Origin: Vicinamibacterales bacterium
GTDB lineage: Bacteria > Acidobacteriota > Vicinamibacteria > Vicinamibacterales > 2-12-FULL-66-21
Direction: 5' to 3'
Length of the DNA: 64,000 bases
Assembly: GCA_049642465.1 (NCBI GenBank)
Contig: JBAROV010000039.1
Location: 5,567 to 69,566, forward strand
How positions within the stretch are numbered: position 1 is the first letter of the stretch; the number at the start of each line of letters is the position of its first letter. Positions 27,720-35,813 of this stretch are shown here, piece after piece. The notes under the pieces were generated by a model that did not search any database, was not told the DNA's origin, and saw only the letters and a list, made by a program, of their open reading frames with translations. Position numbers and translations under genes: made by a program.

Positions 27720-27752
27720 CGTCCGTTCACCGCTGCAAGCGTCCGTTCACCG
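27720..27752 (-). promoter_or_regulatory. Two perfect 13-bp direct repeats CGTCCGTTCACCG with 20-bp periodicity upstream of the LytS-like/LytTR operon (candidate LytTR box pair)
   Basis: Copies at 27720-27732 and 27740-27752, 60-92 nt upstream of the kinase start codon (27660). Confidence 0.4.
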
Positions 27753-27759
27753 GCAGCAG

Positions 27760-30288
27760 CTAGTTTCTCAGCGCTGTTGCTGGATTGACCAACGCGGCAC
27801 GCCGCGCCGGGAGAACGGCCGCAGCAAGCGCGCTCAGTACGAGCACGGTAATGGCCCCCGCAAAGACCCGCAGATTGATCCCCTCAACGCCATAGAGTTG
27901 TGCGCTGATGGCGCGCGCGGTCACGAACGCGCCAAGCAGGCCAATCGACAGTCCGATGACGGTCTGGAGAAACGGTCCCCTCACGCAGGTGCGAATGATC
28001 TGGCCGGGATCCGCGCCGAGGGCCATGCGGACGCCGATCTCACGAGTTCGCTGAGACACGCCGTACGCCGTCACGCCGTACAGCCCGAGCGACGCGAGCG
28101 CGAGTGCGAGCAAGCCGTAGACCGACGTCAGGCGCGCCATCAGCCGTTCCATCCGGAAATTCGCATTCACCTGCAGCGTCATCGCTACGATGCGGATGAC
28201 ATTGATGTCGGGATCCGCGTCTGCGAAAGCCCGCCGGATCGACGCTTCGATGTTCCTCGTGCCAGCCGCGACCTGGATGACGACGGCACGCGGTAAGGTT
28301 GAACGGGCCTGCACGTTGCGGGCCGTCAGATCTTTGTATTCCACGACCTGAAAGGACGGCAGGAATAACATCGGCCGAACGTCGGGCTGTGTGGCGCCCG
28401 TGTACTTGACGTCCTCGACGACGCCGACAATCTCGAAATCGGCCGCATGATCGATGTTACCGATGCCGGCGGTTCCGCCGATCGGATCACGTTCGGCCAA
28501 GAACCGGCGCACGAAGGTTTCATTCACGACGGCAACCCGCTTGCTTGACGGCGTGTCGCGCTCGTCGATCGTTCGGCCGCGGAGCACGCGAGTCCCCACC
28601 GTCTCGAAAAACCCTGCGCTGACGCGGTTCCACGAACTGGAATCGGGGCGACCCGGATCCGGCGTGCGCCCGGCAATGCTTACTGTCGAGGACCAGTTGT
28701 TCCCCTCCATCGGGCTGTACATCGCGTAGCAGACTCGCTCGACACCAGGTGCCTTTCGCAGGTTCTCCTCCACACGGCTGAACAGGTTCACCAAGCGCGG
28801 GATGTCCCCAGCGATCGCGGGTGGATCGATCCGAACGACAAAACGATTTGCCGGCGTGAACCCAAGCGGCTGCCGTTCGAGTTTTCCCAGGCTCGTGGCG
28901 AGCAGACCGGCCGTCGAGAGGAGGACGAGCGAAAGAGCGACCTGAATGATGAGCAGTGAGCCACGAGGCACCAGCGAACGCGCCTGTCCGCTCCGGCCGA
29001 CGCCGGACACTGCGTCGAGCGGCGGCGTCCGCGACATCGTCCAGGCGGGTACGGCAGTGAAGAGCGCGCCTGTCACGATCGAAAGCGCCAGCGCGAACAG
29101 CCAGATGGATGCGGAAGGCGTCACGTTCACGGGAACGAACGCCACCATGGGAAACGCCACCTTTATTAATAGGCGTGCGCTGAGGGCGGCCATGCCGAGA
29201 CCCACCAGTCCACCAAGGAGCGACAAGAGGATCCCCTCTGTGAGCGCCTGCCGAATCAGCCGACCGCTCGATGCACCGAGCGCGAGCCGAATCGCTGCCT
29301 GCCCGCGATCGGCGCGGGCGAGGAGCAAGTTGGCAAGATTGGCGACAGCAATGAGCAGCACCATCGCCGACGCGGCCAACAGCAGGTTCAGCGAACGCCC
29401 GTACTGTTCGCGCGCTACACCCACGCCTCCGGGCGCCGGCACGACGACGATATGTTGCCGAGGGATTTCAGAGCGGTTGGCGTCGCTGACGAATGGCTGT
29501 TCGGCGAGCCAATTCTGCAACGCGGTCGTCAGACGAGCGCTCGGCTGCTCCACGCGCACGCCGGGAACCATTCGTCCGATCGAGTAGAGCCAGTTTTGAT
29601 CGGCTCGATCGATGATCGAAGCCGCGCCGCGAAGCGTTGGTTCCTGAGCGATAGGCATCCACAGCGCCGCGGGATCAGGGCGGATCGTGTCTCCAAAGAA
29701 TGTTGCAGACGCGACGCCGACGATCGTCATCGGCTTGCCGTTGATGACAAAGGCGCTGCCAACAACGGACGGGTCGGCTCCGTAGTGCTGTGTCCACGCG
29801 CGGTGGCTCAAGACGGCCACGGCCGCCGCGTCGCGCGTGTCATCGTCGGGCGTCAGCAGGCGTCCGGCTGCCGGACGCACGCCGAACATCACGAAATAGT
29901 TCCCCGAGACGAATGATCCCGGCATAGCGATGGAGACGCGCTCCCCCGGGCGCCGCACACCAAACGAAATCGTTGTCGCCTGAAAAGCCGCCAGCTCGGA
30001 GAACTCCGGCGCGTTGGCCTTCAGGTGCTCGAACAACTTGTTGGAGAACAGGGAGTAGCTGGTGGCCAGACCGGAATTGACGCAGCAGTCGTTAGTGTCC
30101 CCCAGCCGAAACAGCTCGCTCGGCCGCTCGACTGGAAGCGTCCGCAGCACCAAGGCGTGGATCAGAGTGAAGACCGCAATGTTGGCACCGAGACCAAGCG
30201 CGAGGGTCGCGATTACGACTGCGGTGAAACCGGGCTGCTGCGAAAGGCGGCGGAACGCCAGCCGGATATCGTCGCGAAGGTGACTCAT
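27760..30288 (-). CDS. ADOP-family duplicated FtsX/MacB-like permease
   Basis: DIRLAFRRLSQQPGFTAVVIATLALGLGANIAVFT and a duplicated FtsX architecture, 842 aa. Confidence 0.85.
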   Translation of the reverse strand: MSHLRDDIRLAFRRLSQQPGFTAVVIATLALGLGANIAVFTLIHALVLRTLPVERPSELFRLGDTNDCCVNSGLATSYSLFSNKLFEHLKANAPEFSELAAFQATTISFGVRRPGERVSIAMPGSFVSGNYFVMFGVRPAAGRLLTPDDDTRDAAAVAVLSHRAWTQHYGADPSVVGSAFVINGKPMTIVGVASATFFGDTIRPDPAALWMPIAQEPTLRGAASIIDRADQNWLYSIGRMVPGVRVEQPSARLTTALQNWLAEQPFVSDANRSEIPRQHIVVVPAPGGVGVAREQYGRSLNLLLAASAMVLLIAVANLANLLLARADRGQAAIRLALGASSGRLIRQALTEGILLSLLGGLVGLGMAALSARLLIKVAFPMVAFVPVNVTPSASIWLFALALSIVTGALFTAVPAWTMSRTPPLDAVSGVGRSGQARSLVPRGSLLIIQVALSLVLLSTAGLLATSLGKLERQPLGFTPANRFVVRIDPPAIAGDIPRLVNLFSRVEENLRKAPGVERVCYAMYSPMEGNNWSSTVSIAGRTPDPGRPDSSSWNRVSAGFFETVGTRVLRGRTIDERDTPSSKRVAVVNETFVRRFLAERDPIGGTAGIGNIDHAADFEIVGVVEDVKYTGATQPDVRPMLFLPSFQVVEYKDLTARNVQARSTLPRAVVIQVAAGTRNIEASIRRAFADADPDINVIRIVAMTLQVNANFRMERLMARLTSVYGLLALALASLGLYGVTAYGVSQRTREIGVRMALGADPGQIIRTCVRGPFLQTVIGLSIGLLGAFVTARAISAQLYGVEGINLRVFAGAITVLVLSALAAAVLPARRAALVNPATALRN

Positions 30289-30343
30289 GACGTAATCTCC
30301 CTCGCCTTAGACGACGGGCGTTCCGCCGACGTTGTCCGCGTGC

Positions 30344-30361
30344 GCGCTTCGCGCTACGGCG
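30344..30361. repeat. Dispersed 18-mer GCGCTTCGCGCTACGGCG, copy B (14 nt 3' of the DUF4242 gene stop)
   Basis: Identical to 25853-25870. Related fragments (GCTACGGCGG, GCGTAGCGC) occur in the 59.1-59.24 kb intergenic region. Confidence 0.7.
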
Positions 30362-30374
30362 CGGAAGGCTGAGA

Positions 30375-30677
30375 CTACAGCCTCGCGGCGCGCAATTGCG
30401 CGCCAACCTCGGACGTCTGGGGATCGATCACCGCCCTGACTTCAGAGATCTTCGTGACGGGGAATCCCCCTCGCGCCGCGTGCTCCCGGATGATCTGTTC
30501 GTTGGGCGCCAGATAGATGCAGGTGATTTTGTCGTCGGTCACGTAGCTCTGCACCCACTGGATCTGAGGACCCAGGTCGTTGAGCACGTCGCACGACTTC
30601 CTGGCGATTCCCTGCAGCTCGTTTGACGAAAGATCCCCGGCGCCGGGGAGCTGGCGTTCGATCAGATAGCGCGGCAT
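30375..30677 (-). CDS. DUF4242-domain protein (second paralog)
   Basis: MPRYLIER...IQWVQSYVTDDKITCIYLAPNEQIIREHA is the DUF4242 pattern. Confidence 0.7.
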   Translation of the reverse strand: MPRYLIERQLPGAGDLSSNELQGIARKSCDVLNDLGPQIQWVQSYVTDDKITCIYLAPNEQIIREHAARGGFPVTKISEVRAVIDPQTSEVGAQLRAARL

Positions 30678-30714
30678 GTGTGGTCTCCTTATGGGTTACG
30701 AACAATTCTGGCGG

Positions 30715-31260
30715 TCATTGTCCGGGCTTCGCCGACCAGGGGGGCACGACACCGTTCACGCGCGCGTAGGCGATCAACTGCCCCATGTGTTCGTGGTTAT
30801 GCACGAGCAGGCGGAGGAGCACACCGTCCACCGTGGCCTCCTTCCCGAAGAACTTCGCCGGCTTCGTTCGGTCCGCCGTCTTCACGGCAGCGCGCACGGC
30901 GTCGAACGAACCCGTCAGAAATTTGCTGACTTCCGCTTTGGTGGTGAGCGCCTTCTCCGGTTCTTTGCCGAGCTTTGAGAGATCCGGCGGCTTGAAGCCG
31001 GCCTGTCCGAGCAGAAGGTGATTTCCCAGGGCAATGTGCATCAGCACTTCGCTGGTGGACCTCACACCGGGACCCGGCCGCCACGTGAACTTGTCTGCCG
31101 GAAACGCCTCTGCCAACTGCGTCAACTGACGCGCCGCATGGTCGAACTCCCCGTCCCAACCGTCCCCCGCGCCCGTCGGTGGCTGAGCGGACGGATGGTG
31201 CGCGAATGTGAAGCCGAGCGCCGCGAGCACACACGCCCCGACTGCGACTCTGATGTTCAT
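30715..31260 (-). CDS. DinB-family protein with signal peptide
   Basis: MNIRVAVGACVLAALGFTFA signal. His-containing DinB helices (EVLMHIALGNH ... LLVHNHEHMGQLIAY). Confidence 0.7.
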   Translation of the reverse strand: MNIRVAVGACVLAALGFTFAHHPSAQPPTGAGDGWDGEFDHAARQLTQLAEAFPADKFTWRPGPGVRSTSEVLMHIALGNHLLLGQAGFKPPDLSKLGKEPEKALTTKAEVSKFLTGSFDAVRAAVKTADRTKPAKFFGKEATVDGVLLRLLVHNHEHMGQLIAYARVNGVVPPWSAKPGQ

Positions 31261-31294
31261 GAACACCTCGCCACGAGACGGTGACGTTAGCACG

Positions 31295-31403
31295 AAAAAG
31301 GGGACTGTCCCCTTTTCCCAAAACCGGACACTTCGGGAAAATGGGGACAGTCCCCCTTTTTCAAGAGTGTCCGATTTCGCAAAAGGGGGACTGTCCCCTT
31401 TTT
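31295..31403. repeat. Composite palindromic element made of three A-tract/GGGGAC(T/A)GTCCCC/T-tract hairpins
   Basis: Hairpins at 31295-31316, 31338-31361 (core inverted) and 31381-31403. Spacers CCGGACAC and GTGTCCG are mutually inverted. Confidence 0.8.
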
Positions 31404-31448
31404 CCGGCAGACAGCCGATCTGGTAGCCTACGCCCGGAGAATGACCCC

Positions 31449-34298
31449 ATGAGCCAACCCGTCCGCGCGACGGCGCGGGTCGCCGTCGCCGCCATGCTCT
31501 TGATCTGCACCCGCGGGGATCTCTCGAGCCAGGCCCAGCCGACCGCCACTCCCGACCGCGAATACATGCTGGAAACCACGATTCTCGGCTACCGGGGGGT
31601 CGGCGGAGAGATCGACGGCGTTCGCAATCCGACCTTGTGGGCCCGGACCGGCGACATGGTCCGCATCACCATCGTCAACGGTGAGCTGATGGTCCATGAC
31701 ATCGTCATCGAGAAGCTCGACGTGCGGAGCACGCAGATCCTCGACAAAGGGGCCAAGACGAGCATCACCTTCAAGGCGACGCAGAGCGATACCTACTTCT
31801 GTTCGCTGCCCGGCCACAGGGTCGCCGGAATGGAGGGGCGGATCGACGTTTCCGACACACCGCGGACGCAGCCCGAAGGCGAGCCGCCGATGTCAGACGG
31901 CCGGGCACTCGATCTGGATTTCGAGAACGGCACGCTCGAGAACTGGACGGCCACGGGCGATGCATTCGAGGTGATGAAAGTGGACGCTTCGTCCGAGACG
32001 GCGCAGCGTCGGAACGGTCATTTCGGTTCCTACTGGGTGACGAGCGGCCTGCGCGGCGGATCGCGGCGCGGGGTGCTCTCGTCGGTGCCGTTCCGCGTGA
32101 CCAAGCCGTACGCGAGCTTTCTCGTGTCAGGCGGCGCATTCTCCAGCACGCGCGTCGAACTGGTCACCGCCGCAGACAAGAGGGTCATCTACACGATCTC
32201 AGGCGCCGATCAGGCGACGCTGCGACCCGCGATCGTCGATTTGAGCGCCTACGTGGGAAAGGACATCTTCGTCCGCCTCGTGGACGAGGATACGGGAATG
32301 TCCACGGCGGCCTACATCCGCGAGAATCCATGGGCGCACATCAACTTCGATCACTTCCGTTTCCACGAGACGAAGCCAACGTTCGTCAACGAGATCGCAC
32401 CTGCTGACATCAACGCCATGCCGCCGATCGACCCGGTGCTGCACGCGGGATTGTCGGCATCCGAAGCGGCGAAAGCGATGACGGTGGCGAAGGGGTTCAC
32501 CGTGAAGCTTGCCGCGTCCGAACCGGACGTGGTTCGGCCGATCGGTTTCACGCTGGACGATCGGGGCCGGCTCTGGGTTGCCGAGGCACACACATATCCG
32601 ACACGCGCCGCTGAAGGCGAGGGGAAAGACCGCATTCTCATCCTCGAAGACACGGATGGCGATGGACGCCTGGACAAACGCAAGGTCTTCATCGAGGGCC
32701 TCAACCTCGTCAGCGGAATCGAGGTGGGCTTCGGTGGCGTCTGGATTGGCGCCGCGCCAAACCTCTTGTTCATCCCTGTGAAAGATGGAACGGACGTGCC
32801 CGCTGGTCCGCCGCAAGTCCTGCTCGACGGTTGGGGGTATCAGGACACGCACGAAACGCTCAACACATTTACCTGGGGACCCGATGGCTGGCTCTACGGC
32901 ACGCACGGCGTGTTCACGCACTCAAACGTCGGCAAACCGGGAGCGCCAGACTCAGAACGCCAGCGGCTGAACGCGGGCATCTGGCGTTATCACCCGACGA
33001 AGCACGCGTTCGAGGTGTTTGCTGAAGGGACGAGTAATCCGTGGGGACTCGATTTCAACGATTACGGCCACGCGTTCACGACGGCGTGCGTCATCGAGCA
33101 CCTCTACCACGTCGTTCAAGGCGCGCGCTACAAGCGGCAGGCGGGCAAGCATTTCAACCCGTACATCTACGACGACATCAAGACCATTGCAGACCACGTG
33201 CATTGGGTTGGAAAGAAAGGCCCACATGCGGGCAACGCGCGTTCGGGTTCGGCAGGCGGTGGTCACGCCCATGCGGGCGCGATGATCTATCTCGGCGGCG
33301 ACAACTGGCCGCGCGAATATCGCAATTCAATCTTCATGAACAACATCCACGGGAATCGGGCGAACACCGATCTGCTGAGGCGTGCCGGTTCGGGCTACAC
33401 GGCAACGCACGGACCGGATTTTCTGCTCACCAATGACTCGTGGAGCCAGATGCTCAACTTCCGCTACGGGCCAGACGGTTCCGTCCACGTCATCGACTGG
33501 TACGACAAGAACCAATGCCACAGCACCAATCTGGAAATCCATCAGAAGACGCTCGGACGCATCTTCAAGATCAGCCATCAGCGAGACAAATGGGTCCAGG
33601 TCGACCTGAAGAAGTTGTCATCCGAAGCACTGGTCGATCTTCAACTCAATCGCAACGACTGGTACGTGCGCCATGCGCGCCGGATTCTGCATGAGCGAGG
33701 GCCCAATCCGAAGGTCCATGCACAGTTGAGGGTCATCCTCCGCGACAACCCCGACGTGACCCGCAAGCTGCGCGCGCTTTGGGCGCTGTATGTCACGAAC
33801 GGATTAACTCAATCGGACATGCTCGAGCTGCTCGGTCACGAGAGTGAGTACCTGCGCAGCTGGGGCGTGTATCTGCTCGTGCAGGACCAGCAGCCGTCGG
33901 AGGAAGCGGTCCGTCGCTTCGCGGCACTTGCGCGGCAGGATGCGTCACCGCTGGTACGGCTCTATCTCGCGAGCGCGCTGCAGCGAGTGCCGGTCGAGAG
34001 ACGCTGGGACGTCATCACGGCTCTCCTGACCCACGACGAGGATCGCTTGGACCATAACCTTCCGATGATGGTGTGGTACGCCGCCGAGCCGCTGGCGGCG
34101 GGCGACAAGGCCCGCGCGCTGACACTCGCGCTCGACGCGAAGATGCCACGCCTGTTTCCGTTCACCGTGCAGCGAATCGCCGCGTTGCAGACGCAGGATG
34201 CGCTGCGCGTCCTTGCCGAGCAACTCGCGCGCACGACTGATGCAGCGCAACAAACGGAGCTGGTGAACGGGATCAATCTAGCCGTGAAGAAGAAGTGA
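31449..34298 (+). CDS. Secreted multidomain protein: type-1 copper cupredoxin + beta-sandwich + PVC-type 'membrane-bound dehydrogenase' beta-propeller domain + HEAT repeats
   Basis: Signal peptide (MSQPVRATARVAVAAMLLIC). Cupredoxin ligand pattern H83...C118-x4-H123-x4-M128 (VHDIVI...YFCSLPGHRVAGMEGRIDV). Dehydrogenase-domain signature (GFTVKLAASEPDVVRPIGFTLDDRGRLWVAE...ILEDTDGDG). C-terminal HEAT-like repeats. Start moved to ATG 31449, because the track extension reads through a repeat element. Confidence 0.8.
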   Translation: MSQPVRATARVAVAAMLLICTRGDLSSQAQPTATPDREYMLETTILGYRGVGGEIDGVRNPTLWARTGDMVRITIVNGELMVHDIVIEKLDVRSTQILDKGAKTSITFKATQSDTYFCSLPGHRVAGMEGRIDVSDTPRTQPEGEPPMSDGRALDLDFENGTLENWTATGDAFEVMKVDASSETAQRRNGHFGSYWVTSGLRGGSRRGVLSSVPFRVTKPYASFLVSGGAFSSTRVELVTAADKRVIYTISGADQATLRPAIVDLSAYVGKDIFVRLVDEDTGMSTAAYIRENPWAHINFDHFRFHETKPTFVNEIAPADINAMPPIDPVLHAGLSASEAAKAMTVAKGFTVKLAASEPDVVRPIGFTLDDRGRLWVAEAHTYPTRAAEGEGKDRILILEDTDGDGRLDKRKVFIEGLNLVSGIEVGFGGVWIGAAPNLLFIPVKDGTDVPAGPPQVLLDGWGYQDTHETLNTFTWGPDGWLYGTHGVFTHSNVGKPGAPDSERQRLNAGIWRYHPTKHAFEVFAEGTSNPWGLDFNDYGHAFTTACVIEHLYHVVQGARYKRQAGKHFNPYIYDDIKTIADHVHWVGKKGPHAGNARSGSAGGGHAHAGAMIYLGGDNWPREYRNSIFMNNIHGNRANTDLLRRAGSGYTATHGPDFLLTNDSWSQMLNFRYGPDGSVHVIDWYDKNQCHSTNLEIHQKTLGRIFKISHQRDKWVQVDLKKLSSEALVDLQLNRNDWYVRHARRILHERGPNPKVHAQLRVILRDNPDVTRKLRALWALYVTNGLTQSDMLELLGHESEYLRSWGVYLLVQDQQPSEEAVRRFAALARQDASPLVRLYLASALQRVPVERRWDVITALLTHDEDRLDHNLPMMVWYAAEPLAAGDKARALTLALDAKMPRLFPFTVQRIAALQTQDALRVLAEQLARTTDAAQQTELVNGINLAVKKK

Positions 34299-35038
34299 TG
34301 ACGTCACAGTCGAAGCGGATGGTCGTGCTCGGGTTACTCGTGGTGTCGCTGGCGCTGCTGCTCCCGGGTATTCTTGCGCCGGTCCTCACGATCCGGGGCG
34401 TGCTGACGCGCGAGGGTGTCGCGCATGTCGCGCCGATGATGCTGGAGCGGGGCCTGAGCGATGAGACGATCGCGACCCTGAAATCAATGATGAACCCCGC
34501 CATCGTGTCGTTCCTGAACGCGACCGGCGGCGATCTGCGCAAGATCATCCTCGAGAGGCTGAGCCCCCAGATCACCGCGTCGCTGCAGAAAAACGTCAGC
34601 GAGGTGCCCATCTACGAGCAGACACGCAGCATCCTGGGGTCGGTCAGGCGACTCTATGAAGTAGGCAGTCCCGTGCCGGCGACACTGATTCTGCTCTTCA
34701 GCGTGATCGTGCCCTTCGGGAAAGCCACGCTGGTCGCGTGGACCGTGTTCATGGTCAACGAAGGCAGGCGTCTCCGCACGCTCCGGTTCGTGGAAGCGAT
34801 CGCAAAGTGGTCGATGGCCGACGTGTTCGTCGTCGCGCTCTTCATCGCCTACCTCGCCGCACAGGCGAGCCAGACGGCGGCCAGCGATCCCAACGCGGCG
34901 CCGCCGCTCATCGCCTTCACGGCCCACTTTGGACCAGGCTTCTACTGGTTCACCGCGTACTGCATCTTCTCACTGGCGTCCCAGCAGTACACGCGAAGGT
35001 TGGCATCGCGAGCGCAAGACGTCGCGCCGGCGGCTTGA
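34295..35038 (+). CDS. PqiA-family (paraquat-inducible protein A-like) membrane protein, single repeat
   Basis: LILLFSVIVPFGKA...FVEAIAKWSMADVFVVALFIAYL is the PqiA signature. The start (GTG 34295 or ATG 34298) overlaps the stop of the upstream gene. Confidence 0.6.
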   Translation: MMTSQSKRMVVLGLLVVSLALLLPGILAPVLTIRGVLTREGVAHVAPMMLERGLSDETIATLKSMMNPAIVSFLNATGGDLRKIILERLSPQITASLQKNVSEVPIYEQTRSILGSVRRLYEVGSPVPATLILLFSVIVPFGKATLVAWTVFMVNEGRRLRTLRFVEAIAKWSMADVFVVALFIAYLAAQASQTAASDPNAAPPLIAFTAHFGPGFYWFTAYCIFSLASQQYTRRLASRAQDVAPAA

Positions 35039-35774
35039 GTGTCTGTTCCTTCACATACGGCCGCAGCTCCGGAACCACCTCTTGCAGCGCATCGACCACG
35101 AACTGCGCGACCACCGCGCTTCCCTTGCCGTTCAGATGGGTGCGATCGACTTGCCCCTTGTCGTCGCGCGGACTCAAATCCGCCCACACATCGTCGCCCG
35201 TCTGCTCCGCGTCGTCTTTGCTGATCGCGTGTAGATCCACAAGCGGGACGTTCTTTTCCTTTGCCAATGCCCGGACGGCCTCGACGTACGGGGTTTGCGT
35301 CGTCCTGATGGATCCATCCTCGTTGTAGATCCGGCGGACCAGTGAGGTGACAAGGATCGGCTTCGCGCCGATGGCGCGCGCCTCGTCCACATAGCGAGAC
35401 ATGTAGGTACGAAACGTGGTCGCCGGATCCGTTTCGCGCTCCGGACCCTTTCCCGGTTCGTCGTTGTGCCCGAACTGAATCAAGTAGTACTGGCCCTTCT
35501 TGCCCAGCGCCTCCGTCCAGCGTCCCTCGTCGATGAAACTCTTCGAACTGCGTCCGCCGGCTGATTCATTGATGACTTCGACCTTGTCGGTGACGAGCTG
35601 ACGAAATCCTGCACCCCACCCCGCTTCGTCCGTGACCGTCGAGTCGCCGACGAGGACGATGCGGGTAGCGGCCGGGAGTGGACCTTGGGCCCTTAGGAAG
35701 GCCGGCACCGGCGTAATGAGCAGAACGATGAAAAGCGAGATAAACCGCGAATGTCCGTCAGGTGGAAATCTCAT
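34950..35774 (-). CDS. SGNH/GDSL hydrolase (rhamnogalacturonan acetylesterase-like), secreted
   Basis: Signal peptide. Block I IVLVGDSTV. Block V DRTHLNGKG (DxxH). Confidence 0.75.
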   Translation of the reverse strand: MRFPPDGHSRFISLFIVLLITPVPAFLRAQGPLPAATRIVLVGDSTVTDEAGWGAGFRQLVTDKVEVINESAGGRSSKSFIDEGRWTEALGKKGQYYLIQFGHNDEPGKGPERETDPATTFRTYMSRYVDEARAIGAKPILVTSLVRRIYNEDGSIRTTQTPYVEAVRALAKEKNVPLVDLHAISKDDAEQTGDDVWADLSPRDDKGQVDRTHLNGKGSAVVAQFVVDALQEVVPELRPYVKEQTLKPPARRLALAMPTFACTAGTPVRRCSTR

Positions 35775-35813
35775 TGCAGGGGACCCGGCAAGTCTAGATC
35801 CGATTCGACTGCG

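Noticed and set aside
31281-31448. N-terminal extension of the 1005-aa track ORF (MTLARKRGLSPFPKTGHFGKMGTVPLFQECPISQKGDCPLFP...).
   Set aside because: This extension is a translation of the triple-hairpin repeat element. The real signal peptide begins at ATG 31449.
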